Origin: Hormiphora californensis
Lineage: Eukaryota > Animalia > Ctenophora
Length of the DNA: 64,000 bases
Direction of reading: 5' to 3'
Assembly: GCA_020137815.1 (NCBI GenBank)
Contig: CM035356.1
Span: 620,001-684,000 of the forward strand
Numbering within the stretch: the first letter of the stretch is position 1; every line of letters starts with the position of its first letter. Below are positions 1 to 13,769 of this stretch, one piece after another. Made by a program: the position numbers and the translations under genes. Below the pieces are notes generated by a model that saw only the letters and a program-made list of their open reading frames with translations, had not been told where the DNA came from and ran no database searches.

Positions 1-1103
1 AACAACACAAACTATCATTGAAATGCATATTACTCCACAAGTAATAAGTACGCGGTTGGTTGCGGGTAGAACCGCATGAAAATATATCCCTAAACAATTG
101 CCTTACTCCTACTAGTCGGAGGTTCTTTGCTATCCCTCCCATGAGGATATGCCTTCTCTTCGGGGTGTTTCAGGTGATCGGTGAGGCACATCAGCGAGGA
201 AAACCAACTTAACGATAACATTTACAGACGTTATACCCCATTGCACAAAAAATACACAGAGAAACTTGCAGAAAGATTGTAATGGTCATGGTGGTGGTGT
301 GGTTTTGTATGATTCACTAATGTGAGGTGGAGGCGGGTGTAGTATCTTAAGAAAAGGAGCTAAGGAGAGAGATATAGAGAGTAAAAGATAGGACTAGGAT
401 AGTGAGATGTGGTTTAGTTCTATCTACTGCATAGGAACGGAGAAGAACTATAATTGCGTGTTGCAATAGTCGCAAGAACTAAAGTACTATTTATTAGAGA
501 TAGAAAGCTGTCCAATGTTTCCGGCAACAATTTAATGAATGGCCTCGCAAGAAACATAATGAATAGGATTGTTAGCTACAAATCAGTACCCTATAGTTCC
601 CAATGTGCATGTACTACACTTTTATTCTCTATCACCCTCCCTCTCCCTCTCTCTGAGGGAGCTGTACTGGGCTGAGTAATCTCCCTATCTCTCTCAGAGA
701 CACCAATACTCTATCAAAGAAATCTACGCAACTAAGGAAGGTCATCAAATCTAGCTAAATTGTTCCCTCCTTATGCCTTTCTCTATGTCAGAGAATAATC
801 TCGTACTGTAAAGCTTACACTGTTCCCTAATACGGTACAGCTCTACTATAAAGGGATGAAAGTCTTTATATGTCAAAGAAGAAGGAGTTCCTTATAAAAC
901 GCTCTGTTTACTGACATATCATACAATGGCCATGGGGAGGAACTAAGACTCTTTCTAAACAAAGTCACGAGGTTACGAGGTTACAGTTAGCGACAAATGA
1001 ACAGGGTAATTGTAGAAAGGGTGAACCGACAGGGATATTATTGTATGAAGAATGAGTTCAGCCACATGAACAGCCACTGAAACAACAATGAACAATGAAC
1101 ATG

Positions 1104-1862
1104 TTAAACCTCTCCAATCATGTTAGTCTTGTTAACACGAATCTTTACTGGCATGGAATAGGAAGTGTACTCTGCCTCTTGGAAGAGCCTTCTCGGCATA
1201 GGACACACAATTGTGATAAACTTGCCGTCCGCTGAAAGGTTTTAATTGGTTTTAATTGGAGATAAATTGGACAACTTACTCTATTTACCACTCCATTTTA
1301 TTAAACATATATATATATTCCTACATGTTTTGTATCGCTTGATGATCATGGTAGGAGGAAGTTTGATTCCCCGCTCCGCAGCATCCCGAACCTCCTCTGG
1401 ATCAACTCCATAGTGCTCCAGCATTGAAATGAAATTAAGCCGATCTTTTTCAAGTTGCTCATCTTCAAGATTCCATTTTGACACGAGAACTAGGGATGCC
1501 GCGTAGGCATCCGGCCATGTCATATCAGCAGGATCTGTATTATCTGTGAAAGTGTCTGTTACACCGCCCATTAGCAGGCTTGACAACCTATTTTCAGCTT
1601 TCCGTTTGTCCTTGCTTGCCCTTAGGTTCGGTAGCACATCCAGGAAACTAGCCACGGATCGCTGATCATTGTCCACGGTACTTCCTCGGCGGAGATAATC
1701 TGATTCTGAACTATCATCTTCACTAGATGAGTCTGTTGTACAGCTTGTAGTGTCAGTAGTAGAGTCTGTTGTGCTTGTAGTAGTGGTTGTAGTTGCGTCA
1801 CTGGGCGGGCTAAGGTTTACTAGGACCCTCGTGTCATTCGGTTTGTCAGTCATATTGCTCAT
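1104..1862 (-). CDS. Small protein with an anoctamin N-terminal (dimerisation)-like domain, paralog 1; Ser/Thr/Asp-rich N-terminus
   Basis: Exons 1862-1325 and 1231-1104 are joined by a phase-1 GT-AG intron. The product has SLVLVSKWNLEDEQLEKDRLNFISML...SDGKFITIVCPMPRRLFQEAEYTSYSMPVKI, a pattern shared with neighbouring genes. Confidence 0.6.
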
Positions 1863-1912
1863 GGGCCAGCTACTGCTGCGGGTGTGGGCTGTAAGTTTCT
1901 AACTATGCTAAT

Positions 1913-2423
1913 TTAAGAGATACAGGATTGTGATTTAATTGGGTTAGCATGGTGGTAAATTGCAACAAGATCGCGATCCAGTAGCTCTTTCTCTGCACTA
2001 GATGCCATGCACTGAAGATAGAGATATTTACACACAAACCTGCTGGGAGACAAAATCACACGAACGAACCCATTTTGAATCAAATGGACACGAGAGAAAG
2101 ACTCTTTCAGCTTCCCTTGCCAGGACATCAAAAGCACCCTGACACACATACGCATTCTCATCCTCTGCCAACATGATTTTCCATACTCTCACATCATCGT
2201 TTGCCTTGATATTCTCGATGAACTCTTTGTGTAGATGGGCCATCTCGGTGTCATGGTGCACTGTGTTGGTGATGAGAACTACCACACCCACTCCATTAGG
2301 TTCTAATGTTGGTTCAGGATCAGGGGCTGGTACAGGAGCTGGGGTAGTTTCTTGTACAGTCGAGTAGTTCCTTGAAAACTTCCTCACCAGCCTCTCAACT
2401 ATCGGCTGTTTTTCCTCGTTCAT
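1913..2423 (-). CDS. Anoctamin N-terminal-like domain protein, paralog 2
   Basis: ATG at 2423. GVVVLITNT...LHKEFIENIK...GAFDVLAREAERVFLSCPF. The probable last exon (CMASSAEK...SCIS*) follows a ttcag acceptor; the donor is uncertain, and the unspliced stop is at 2028. Confidence 0.5.
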
Positions 2424-3000
2424 TATTTTGGTCAAATTACAAAGTAGCCTGTGTTCCTGGATGCACGACTATATAATTCAGGAGAACACAAGAACGGACT
2501 AATAATATACGAATGGCAACTCAGTGCTGTCTCTTATTACAATAGACCAGTTGTTCTATGTTGGACACGTGATCCCATGTGTGTGCTATAACGGAACACG
2601 GACAATGGCAGTAGCTACTAGGAAGTGAGCTCTGTCCAGAGGACACCAATGGAGGACACAAACCAGACAACTCCAGTCGTACACGTAGTAAAAGATAAAC
2701 AGTGGGTGTGTGTTTGCAGTATACTGTGCAACAATATCAAGACCTAGCAGAACAACAATATCTAGCAAGGTAGAGCTTAGGAAGAGAGATCAGATCAGTC
2801 ACATACGGAGCGGAAGTTTGGGCCTAGATTTATGGCAAAATATAACAAAATTCTTACCTGATTTTGTCTTGTTGGATCTCCATACATATTCGGGTCGACA
2901 AAAAGCTTCCCAGCCTGAAAACAGCATGCGGACTCTAGCAAACATTTCATAACTGTGCTTCCAAACATATTCAAACTTGGTAAATTCAGCTTAGGTTTTT

Positions 3001-3671
3001 TCAATGAAATCTTACGTTTCCATCTCCTCCGTCCCCGTCCCAATCAAATCCGCTGATTTTCAGGGGCATCGAGTAATTAGTTTGCTCGGTTTCCCGAATA
3101 AGCTTTTCGTCATCAAACCAAATGAGAGTTAGCCGCAGTTCGTTACCCATCCAGTCTTCAACTTGGAACTCCTTTGTATGACCTCCCTTGTGCACTGCCT
3201 AGTGTGGGAACAATATTTTGTTAGCATCTTCTTCGTTATATCAAGTTTGAAATTAAAATGCGATGATCTGCTTTTTACTCACATTGCCATCCTTTATCTT
3301 CCCTACTATTTTCCTCATATACTTGGCTCTAAGGTTTTCCAATTCCTGAGCGTCGTCTTCCTCATACGTTTTGGGGCTAACCAACACACAGATACCCTGT
3401 GCAACTTTCCTGTTGATATAAGACGCAATGTAAACACAACTGAACTGTAATATATAATTAAATAGATTCCTTACCGGTCTACATCGGCAGGTAGTAGATC
3501 AGACTCATTGAGTGAGTGGATGGATTTAGTTTTCTTCAGTTCAGGGTATAGTTTAGCAGGAGGAGGTTCATCACTGGGTGTTGTGAATACTTCCTCGGGT
3601 GATCCTGGGTCGAGAGTAGCACCTGTAGGTTCCTCACTCATTATTCTGGTGTAGGGTGTGTTTTTAGGCAT
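3001..3671 (-). CDS. Anoctamin N-terminal-like domain protein, paralog 3
   Basis: Exons 3671-3475, 3439-3283 and 3198-~3001 with phase-compatible gtaag/gtgagt donors. GICVLVSPK...LENLRAKYMRKI...LTLIWFDDEKLIRETEQTNYSMPLKI. May splice further 3'. Confidence 0.55.
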
Positions 3672-4644
3672 CTTGGAATAACAATACAAGATGACTATTT
3701 CACAATAAAAAAGGTCCGGGCATTAGAGTCCGGACAAGTCTGATCTGATCTGAGGTTCTGTATATATCAACCTTGTAAGTAACAGTAAGCTCATAACACT
3801 GTAAAGAAATGGAGCATCAGAAAATGTGCTTTCATTTTGGGTATAATTGAAGTAGAGTTTGAAGTAAAGCTGGGAGCCTGATCAAATTAGATGTGTAGCA
3901 AAGAGGAACAAAAGCCTCGAGGTTACAAATTAGCAGTTTTTACCAAGGCTTTTGAACCTAGATCGTCTTTAGACTATATAATTATCTAGGGATAAAAGCC
4001 TTTGTAAAATGGAACCGCCAATCAAAATTAGTCCATGCATTTGTCTAAAATGAACTGCACGTGTAATTATGCGTTTATTATAACCGCATATATGCTGAGA
4101 GTTCATTCAAAGCCATGTCAATTATGGAAAAGAAGAACCAAACTAGAGTGCACAAGGAGAGCTCCCAAAATACCGAGTTATCGAGTGTTGAGTAGAACAG
4201 TATTATATACATTACACACACACAGTGTGATAAGCCTTCAGTTCCGCACGGCACACAACTCAACAAAAGATCGCCCACTTTCGAGCTGTGTACAACAAGG
4301 TTTCAAAATGCAAGCTCATCATGATAATTGTACGGTGAGCAAGGGCCAATTTGGCGGTATAACTATGTGCACTCATGCAATGATTGATCACGATAATAGT
4401 GATATTTTTGGAGAAATGTACAGGAATATGTAGACACTCTTCCAGTGTAAATGATCATTCAACTGTATCAGCTAGGGATGCATGTAGTAGTGAGAAGAGC
4501 TGATTGCAGTAACACTGCTGTGGGAGATTTATTTTGAGAAGAAATCAGCCCGCCATAACTATGGTATGATCGATTCAATGGGCTGCTTCAGTAACGCACT
4601 CTTGTGATTGATGCGGTGGTACCAGTGAAGGAAATGCAGAAAAT

Positions 4645-4646
<2 letters not shown>

Positions 4647-4712
<66 letters not shown>

Positions 4713-4728
4713 GAGAGAGAGAGAGAGA
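4647..4728. repeat. (GA)n microsatellite
   Basis: Visible dinucleotide run. Confidence 0.95.
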
Positions 4729-5285
4729 AATTGTAGATTAAAGATGCGATGGAGAAATGTGGATGGTTGAAATTGGTCGACTCAAGAGCTAGTATAAGGT
4801 AAATTAGCGCCTGTAATTTGCAAACTAACCAAAGGCCTATGCTTGCACAGATATCATGCGTAAATATCGTGTACATCTCTAAAGAGGAAAAACTGAAACC
4901 GTAAGAAAACTTTAACGTGGCTTTACATCTTGGTTAGTAGCATATGTTCGACAAGGTTCGACTGTGCCAGGGAGAATATATGATTCCCAAGAGACAATGG
5001 GTAGATTCCAAGGAATATAAAATATCTTACAACCAGGATATTACAGTTGGCACCTCATATTAGGGAGTGGAGGGGTACTGATCTGAGAATATGAATACTT
5101 ACTTCCTAAGAAAACTTTGCAGTGCAAAACATGGCAATTCTGTCATTAGGAAAATCCTAATTAGGAACACAAATTATTTTATCATAAAGCCTACAGTTTG
5201 AGAAACATGACAAGCCTAACTAAGATTTAGATGGTGATGAAAAGATATAATACGAATGTATCCGCAGTGAAATGTCTGACTGTCC

Positions 5286-6147
5286 TCATTCTTGAGACCA
5301 CTGGGAAATACCTTTACCTCATTACACATTGTTACATTGATCACGTGTAGTTTAAAATTACGTTACTTCCATGTTTTGTATCACAAAAAAGACCTCAAAG
5401 AGATGTACATGCAATATGTAGACTATAGCCAGTACACATGTTTGGGCTCCATTTCCCCTAATTTTCATTCCACTTACCTCATCATACTCCTCCATTTCTG
5501 CGTAGAAGTCCTGGGTTGCTTGGTGACCAATAACCTTCACTAAATCAACCGGGAGTTTCAGAGACATCCCCTCCCCACAGCTCCCCAACCGTTCCGGGGA
5601 AAATCTTATCATGGTGATATCATACTTCCCTGTAAAGTCGATATTGAACTTTCATGGCGGCTTTTCTGGTTCAGTTCAAAGTGTTTGCTTATTGATACCT
5701 GCTATGCTCTCAGATGAATTTTGGCACACACACATACTCATATGAATATAAAGTTGTTTTACCATTAGCAGATTGCTCCTGGACGATGGTTGCCCCGGTG
5801 ATCCCTGCCACACTTGACTCCCACTCCTGCTTCATGCCTTGATAATCCTCCATCTCCAGATCCCCCGCCTCATTCCCATTCATGTTAATGATGGTAGGAG
5901 AGGTATCGGTAGTAGAGGGTTTGGAGAGGAGAACAATGTATGGTTTCCATGGATGTGAGTCCCCATCATCTGTGAAGATACAAGATATTGTAGGAGCATG
6001 AGATCAAACCAAACAGGCTTTTAGCAGCAGTCCTGATACATAAGAAGTTGCACAGAGCAGCCGATGAGCTGGTGGTCTGAACTTACTGTCTTGGAAGGCA
6101 TTAACTGGTGCACTCGGTGGCGGTGGACCCTCGTTTGGTGATGACAT
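5286..6147 (-). CDS. Anoctamin N-terminal-like domain protein, paralog 4
   Basis: Exons 6147-6087, 5969-5763, 5629-5478 and 5300-5286, all phase-compatible. MSSPNEGPPPPSAP...PYIVLLSK...MKQEWESSV...GKYDITMIRFSPERLGSCGEGMSLKLPV...WSQE*. Confidence 0.55.
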
Positions 6148-6596
6148 AGAGAGAGCTCAGCAACACTAAAACAAAATACAGAACTTCTAAGTGGCTGAGA
6201 GCGAGAGTTTGAAGCGGGTGTATTTTCACAAGCAGATCTGGCTAGTAAGCAAGAGAGTACAACTACCGTCACAAATTAGAGGAACCGCAACTTTAAAAGA
6301 AACCTTCTTTCGAAAGACTTTTACTATAAAGTACCAAACTGACGGCTGAGGCAAAGTATGGAATAACGTATGGAGTATTGAGTATTAGTAAGTCATAGCC
6401 TCAAGTATGTGCAAACAGCTGGAAGCAATTCCCCCAAGGCAGAGGGACGCTGGAGAAGAATGGAAATGTAGCGTGTTTGATGATGTGATACCCACAATAT
6501 CGTAACCTGGCAACGCGAATATTCCAGATGAAGCAACATTGCACAATTTATATAACCCGATTTGTTTGTGTATCATAGTGAACTTTGCATTGGTTT

Positions 6597-7136
6597 TTAT
6601 ACAGCTTTAGTATGGAGAGCATTTACGAAAGTTTGCTTAAATCTGAAGTATCCTCTAACCCCCTAAAATAACAAAGTACACATGACATAAACACGAGCAT
6701 AGAGAAGCATGTGAACCCTGCCAATACATACCTCGGCCTCTACCTCGTCATATGATTCAGATTTTGACGGAAGGAAAACTTGGACTTTCTCAGCCGTAGC
6801 ACAAAGATGTTCAAAGGATGCTCTAACAACTTTAACGTTGATGCCATTTTGAGTTCCTAGGTCCGTTAGTTCCATGTCCTGGGCTCTCAGTTGGTCTTCG
6901 AAGTCCTAAATTAACTGTGTTTATTAAGATGTTCCTGTACAATTTTCAAACATCAATATCTTCCTACATACCTGTCTGAGCTGAGTTAGTTGAGCATCCT
7001 CCGTTTCCCCCTCTTCTACTCGGGACACTAGGGCCACATAGGAACCATCAGCTACTAAACCCCGGTCACCAGCAGGAGGAGGTTGATCTTGTAGGACGGG
7101 GTAGAGAGGGGCTGTTGAGCCCTCATCATCTGCCAT
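6597..7136 (-). CDS. Anoctamin N-terminal-like domain protein, paralog 5 (closest to the ANO consensus)
   Basis: Exons 7136-6972, 6905-6732 and 6662-6597. SYVALVS...LRQDFEDQLRAQDMEL...VKVVRASFEHLCATAEKVQVFLPSK resembles the ANO pattern DxVLV..RxxFExxLxxxGLxL..VKxHAPWExLCxYAExMxIKLP. The stop is reached with no TM segment. Confidence 0.65.
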
Positions 7137-9874
7137 GTTGGGTAGATCCGACACTTTGACTAGTTAGAACGAGGGGGAACATGAGTACAAAACAAAACAA
7201 ATGTGAGGGTCTTATAGAAGCATCCAAATAGCGGTTTCAAGGAAAGGTAAAGAACAACAAAGGCCAAAAACGCATTTGCGGTAGCTTATGGGTGTGTAGA
7301 CATGTGTTATTGTTGTAGGAACCCTAGGGCGGGCAGAACTTTATATGGATCTGGTATGTCTGTGTGTGAAATGGAAGCTAAACTAAACAAAATGAGCTAG
7401 TTTACACAGAGTGGTATACGTATCGCATATCAGTAATCCACAATTCGGTGGAACGCTGGGTTTCCGAATACATGAATGCAATTACAAAATTATGTCAACA
7501 TAAAGTAAGTAACAGATGGTGGGAAGTAACATATGGTGGTAGTGAAAGGAATTGATTCTGCCAAAGCACGGAAGCACTCTACCCGAGTACCCGGGTTAAT
7601 ATTTTCTATCGAGTTAGAAAAAACAGAAGTTTTGATTTTCTACAGAGACACTGCACCGCATGTGCGGTTGGGACATGTATTGCTGGCATTGCAACCCTAG
7701 AAATAGCACATGGTGCCAGTGTGAAATTCACTCAAAATTTAGCGTGTTTCGAACATAGGGAGAGAAGAAAATAGAAAGACCGGGGTTTTTTAATGTACGC
7801 AGTGTACACTTTTCCTTCGGTAAATATCTTTCTCTCTACAGCTGTCATGTATCATGTCACCACTATAATCAGTCAGCACGAAAACCCCTTATTACGCACA
7901 GAACTCTCGAGCCTTAAATACCTATAATTTGATATAAATTTGAACAGAGAAAAGTGTGCAGAAAATAGATTCAGTGACTTCAGAAGCAGACCTGAATTAC
8001 AGTGAAGCGGTTCCAATTGTTTGCTACTAATTTGCATAATTCGGTTTTAATTGAAAGTACTATTGTTGGCTAGATTTGTTCGACTTGAGCTGAGTTGATA
8101 CTCTCTCACAATTCAACCAAGCGAACAAGAACTATAATAGTAGAAGACCAAGCGTTTCTACTGTGGACAGCACTTTTGATTACTTCTTTAGAGAGGAAAA
8201 CCCAAAGTTAAACGGAGGCAAATTGTTTCTGTGAAGTGAAAGTGGTCAAATTAAACACAACCTAGGTCTACACATGTGTGAAATAGCGGAAATTGGGTTG
8301 TGCAGAAATATGAAGTCATTTTGCAGTGCAGTGACACAACTGGCACATTGTGTATATCTGCCAAGGACCAAAACAGTTTTCAGGACGATGGTCATCACAT
8401 TAGTAAATACAGGCTTTTAACCGGGTTTAGACATTCCAAAAACAACGACGGGTTATCTAAAGAAGAACGTCATTTACTTCGAAGAAGTGTTCTACAACGG
8501 TGCATTACAGAAAAGCTGTAGTTTTTTAACAGGGGCATGCATGTTGGTATAAAGAGTTTAATAATTCGATGCACAAATGGAGATTCTTTTTAAAATAAGG
8601 AGTGAAAACTGAACTGTGAAGCTCGTGTAAGAGATGTACGAAGATGCACTGAATCTGGAACACAAGGGAAAATGGATAGTATCTATGGTTGATGAACTTG
8701 CCAATCACAGTCAATGGAAACAAACAAACCTTTCTTTGTTCATTGATTTGGAGATGATCTCCAGTGTGTCTCTCTACCATGAGAAAGCAATCTAAAGGCA
8801 CAAAGCATGCTATACTACGTTCTAATGGATTGTACAATGTGCATGTGTACTGAACAGTAGCCAAGTACAAAGCTGTATCGAGCAACTCTAATCACTGAAC
8901 ACAACCCTCTGTTGTTGTAGAAAAGTTGTCAGACAGATGCCAAAGTACATTGTATTACTCAAGCAGTCAGATTCTGTGAGTGAGGTCTAACGTTCACTTA
9001 CACACATCATTGGCGGAGTGCCAAATGAGACACGGCTAATTAATCTCCAGAGAGGAAGGTCTCTTAGCAGATTAGCAGTACTTCCTTATTAACAGTGGAC
9101 TGCATAAACAAGTCAACAGACAACATACATTAGGAACCTACAACAAAGCCAACTGCAAAATATGAGATCTGCATAGTTACAAGATGAAGAAGTCATAATG
9201 CATAATGCATCACCAAGTACAAGTTGTATGATGAAGAAGTGGACAGTACCTACATAACAAAGGGGGAGAGGCTGTCAAACTAGATAACACAGATGAAGAG
9301 AGAGGCAGCTAATGACAGATGGAGGAGTGGGTGGATTGTGAAGGAGTGGGAGTGTAAAACCATAAAAGGTTCCGTGTGTGGGTCAACTCCACACTCTCAC
9401 AACAACATGAGTCATGGAACAATCCACCCACTCTTCCATCTGTCATGTTACATGACACAACTAGCAAGTAGCAAGAGCTGTGGGTAAGGTGGACAAATAA
9501 CAGGTGAGGAAATATATGACAGTGGATGACAAATCACAGTAAGACTGGAAACACTCTCCACGCAGCATATGATTCTTTATTCCTTGACCCTTGTTTATAC
9601 AACTCATGCATGCAACAACATACTGTGGTAGTTGTTGTGCAGGACGAAATGGACGAATGATTTTAGTTTAACTAAGATGAATCTGAGATAATGTCGGAAC
9701 TAAGTCAGGATCAAAATTATATCATCGACGGCTGATAACTTCTTCCTGACCGCGGTTGTGGTTGCACTAACTAAAGTTCTCGGTTGATCTGAAGGAGCCA
9801 TTCGATTCTCCGTGTGAGAGAATGAAAGCTAGACGGAGAGAGGGCAAGCAATTACACACATGCATTATGAGTTT

Positions 9875-9877
<3 letters not shown>

Positions 9878-9956
<79 letters not shown>
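9878..9956. repeat. (TC)n microsatellite
   Basis: Visible dinucleotide run. Confidence 0.95.
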
Positions 9957-9961
<5 letters not shown>

Positions 9962-10164
9962 CTACAGCTCCCACCATCTCTACAGCTCCTAATGTCATAC
10001 AAGCAAATAAAGGGAGAGTTGCATAAAAGGAGTCACGCCCTGGTTGGTCAGCTACCCAACACTCATGTCCACACCAAGAGCAAGTTCATACAGGAACTGG
10101 CACGTGTGTCCCAAAGATTCCATGCTCCCTCCCAGCAACAGATGTCATAACAACAAACAAACAT

Positions 10165-10246
10165 GTTACCATGACAACCAAGTTACCATGACAACCAAGT
10201 TACCATGGCAACCAAGTTACCATGGCAACCAAATTACCATGGCAAC
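10165..10246. repeat. 17-bp tandem repeat (about 5 copies) of GTTACCATG(A/G)CAAC-CAA, matching the RFX X-box consensus
   Basis: gttaccatgacaac x2, gttaccatggcaac x2, attaccatggcaac, each separated by caa. Confidence 0.85.
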
Positions 10247-10514
10247 CCCATACCTTGGTTTTGTATACATCGGGAAACAACTCACGGACCTTGATTGCAA
10301 TCTACAAAACACAGAATAGTAAACAGCTAGCTTGCAGCTTGCTGAATAGCTCAGCACGGTACTATGATTCTATCAGCTATCATTTATACAGCTGAACTAT
10401 GAATTACTTTTATTTCCCGAGGAAGGGTTGGTTAATATCGGCAATCACCCCTGCAGTACATAGCGGCAACCAAGCCTGTACAATATACATATTGCTAAGC
10501 AGCTTTCAACTCAC

Positions 10515-11122
10515 CACTTCAGATATGGGCATGAAGATTTGTTCTGCCTCAGCTATGATCCCCATTATCTCATCAGTACTCTTGATGACAAGATGAGTTA
10601 AGCAGGCGTTAACGGGAGACCGTAGGAAAGTGAGCATGAGACCGTTAGCTTTCAGTTCGTCCGTGAATAACGTTCTAATTCTTTGGGAAGGGGGAGTTGA
10701 AATGTTAAAACATAGTTTTGGGTAAGTTTTTTCTATGTAACATACCGTAATTTTATCGTATCCTCCTCTCTGTTATTGTAGGTTATAACAACGCACCCCT
10801 CCTCACTGGCTGACTTTATCCTCCTCCTCTTTCTATCCTCCCTCAACTCAACACCAACCCCCTCCTCTGCAGCTCCATCTGGTATTGAGATCCTCGTCTC
10901 CAACCCCCTATCCCAGGATTGCATGGGCGTGATGTTGTAGAAATTAGTATCGTTTCGTATTACGGTAGTGTTTGATACAGGGGGAGGGTAGTAGGATTGA
11001 GGGTTGTGGCATGTCATCTGGTCCAGACTCTCGTTGCTCTCCCCGGCAGGTATACCTCGCTGACTAAGGCCAAGTCGGAGCGGGGGCAGCCGATTGGGGA
11101 ATGTGGGGGTCACTTGGGTCAT
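10515..11122 (-). CDS. Anoctamin N-terminal-like domain protein, paralog 6 (3' exons unresolved)
   Basis: Exons 11122-10746 and 10674-10515 (phase-2 intron, gtatgt...aattag; next donor gtgagt). CVVITYN...KLRTLFTDELKANGLML...HLVIKSTDEIMGIIAEAEQIFMPI. Confidence 0.6.
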
Positions 11123-11417
11123 GGAACATTGGCTATATGGGACACCTGTGTGAGAAACTAGAGAGTTGAAGAGAGGGAATATATAATGTGCATTTGAGGG
11201 GAAATACACTGCTTTACTAAGTTCAAGTTCAAACTATCTCACGAAACACTACTTATATAAGATAAGCTTATCAGAGAAGACAGCGTGCTGATAAAAGAAA
11301 TTGACTGAAAGTGAAACGGCAATCGAGTGAAACAAACAATCCAAAAACAACAAGCTTCAATGGATTGCCTCCATGCTAGTTGCATGTGAGAGAGAAACCA
11401 GAGGTGCAATCGAGAGG

Positions 11418-11434
11418 AAGATAGAGAGAGAGAT

Positions 11435-11475
<41 letters not shown>

Positions 11476-11489
11476 GAGAGAGAGAGAGA
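11418..11489. repeat. (GA)n microsatellite
   Basis: Visible run. Confidence 0.9.
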
Positions 11490-13396
11490 TTAGTAAAACT
11501 AAATATAAAAGGGGGGGAGCAGAAACACACTTTGTTTATAAACTAGTGCGTGCTAAACGGCGCTGCTAAACAACAATTTTAAGAGATTTGAACACTGTTC
11601 AGGAAAGTTAGCCAAGAAGTAGGGATGTAGGATCCCTCCATCTCTCTACAGCTCCAGCAGTGGTTGTTAAAGTATATTTTATGATGCATAGACCAGTTAC
11701 ATATTTTACATGTATCTTAACGTGCGATGCTCCACTATAGAAAGCAGTTAGACAAGCATGAAGCAGAGTTGGAGTTGGAGCTGAGAAGTCTTCAATCCAG
11801 TGTTGGCGCGCAAAACATGACACTTGTGTGCTTTCATCATAAGGGAGAGATTTAACAGCCGCGCGCGAGGCCATCCAAAGTGTGCCATTGAGATTGTCAC
11901 AAACTCAGGTACTGCTGCTTGCGAGACGTGCTGCAAGATAGTGAAAGGTTAAACACTACTCAAGACGTGAATAAACGTAGTTAATATTACATGGCGTATA
12001 TGCGGGGTCCCTAGGGAAACTACTGACTGATGAGTCGATAATAAGGACTAGCTTAGTTGATGGATGATGCTATATTTTCTGAGAAACGAACAGCAGAGAA
12101 CCAGGAATGAACCACTAATAAGAACCAAAATATTATTAAATTACTACTGAACTAAGTATAGAGATAGTATATAGGGACAAGTATCAGGGCTCAAGAATTA
12201 CAGGTGTAAAGGCAAGATAAAGTTGAGAATGTTGAGAAGAGAGTTGTTGTGAGATACACAATTGTTAATGAAGCCTGAAGGAGCACAAATAAGATGTAAG
12301 TGAAGTGGTAAGATAGAGAGAGAGGGGGAGAAGGGAGAGAAATAAGAGGGGAAAAGAGAAAGAAAGGGAGCGAGATAAAGCGGGCGAGGGAAGGGTGAAG
12401 GGAGGGTGAAGTTGATGAATGAGTCAACAACACTCGCTCAACACACAGAGATACACAGCTCAGATACAAAGCTAAGAGAGAGGGGGAATAGTAGGCCCGT
12501 GAACAGGTCGGTCTAGGCACACAGTTTTACTCTTAGTTGAGAGAGAGATACTTTGAGATAGAGAGGAAGGTATACAAAAGCTTAGACAAAGAAAGTTAGG
12601 TCTGTGGATCATGATAGGACCTCTATGTACCACGTACCTCTATTAGAGGTACCTGGTACATGAGATTTGTTTCTTTGAATCATTGATTTAGAGTAAAAGC
12701 TCAAGATGCATTGTATGCCAGCAAACTCAGTTATCGTAACTGTTGAGCAAGTTGGCAAAGACACGAGAAAATAGAGGGTAGGAGGGATAGAAAGAGAGAT
12801 AGGGTAGGACAGAGAGAAAGAGAGGAGAGGTACCAGCTGCAGCCAGGATCATGCCTACACTACAGACTAACCAAAACTACGAGAAAGAGAGAGAGATCTG
12901 ACTCCTGACCTTGGAGACACGTGCGAACCAGCTAAAGATTTGTACAGATGCAACTTTTCTGATTCTAACTAGGTGTATAGTTGGAAGAAACAAGAATAGT
13001 TCAGAAAAAAAAAACAATATAACCAGTCAGAAGATAAAATAAAATGTAAAAAGGAGAGTGTTAAAGAGAGCTAAAGGAGTGACACTCAGTGTTCTTAGAT
13101 CAGCTAAAACGTCAGTTTAAACCACACACATATTTAAGTAGCAAAGTTATGTAATAAGCAGGTTTGGATACCCACAAAGTCAGCCTTTCACTGCTGAATA
13201 GCAATACAAACAAGATATCAACACAGCTCAGCTAGATACAGGGTCTCAACACCAAAAACTAGTGTGTACCTACTAATGGTACAGGTGGGAAAGCAAATGG
13301 GGGAGGAAGGAGAGCGAGATACAGGCCATTATAATTATTGTACTTGTACACCTGTCGGGAGGAAGAGAGATTGAGATACAGAGAAATAGAGGGAGG

Positions 13397-13508
<112 letters not shown>

Positions 13509-13735
13509 CAGAGAAATAGAGGGAGCTAGGAAAGGGATAGAGATTCACAGATGGAGAGCGAGAGAAATAGAGGGATCCACGAAGATAATGATTCACATAC
13601 TTCAGTTGTATAATTTATGTCAGGATTGCAAACACGTCACAACAACAACAAGTCTCCTGAGCAATATAAAAGGAACCATCCCAAATATATAGTAGTTGGA
13701 AATGAAATATGTAGAGAGCACTAATGGGACCACCC

Positions 13736-13769
<34 letters not shown>

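Noticed and set aside
95-250. Possible first exon of an eighth family member running off the left edge
   Set aside because: A minus-strand donor-like site exists, but there is no recognisable family motif or confident start within the window
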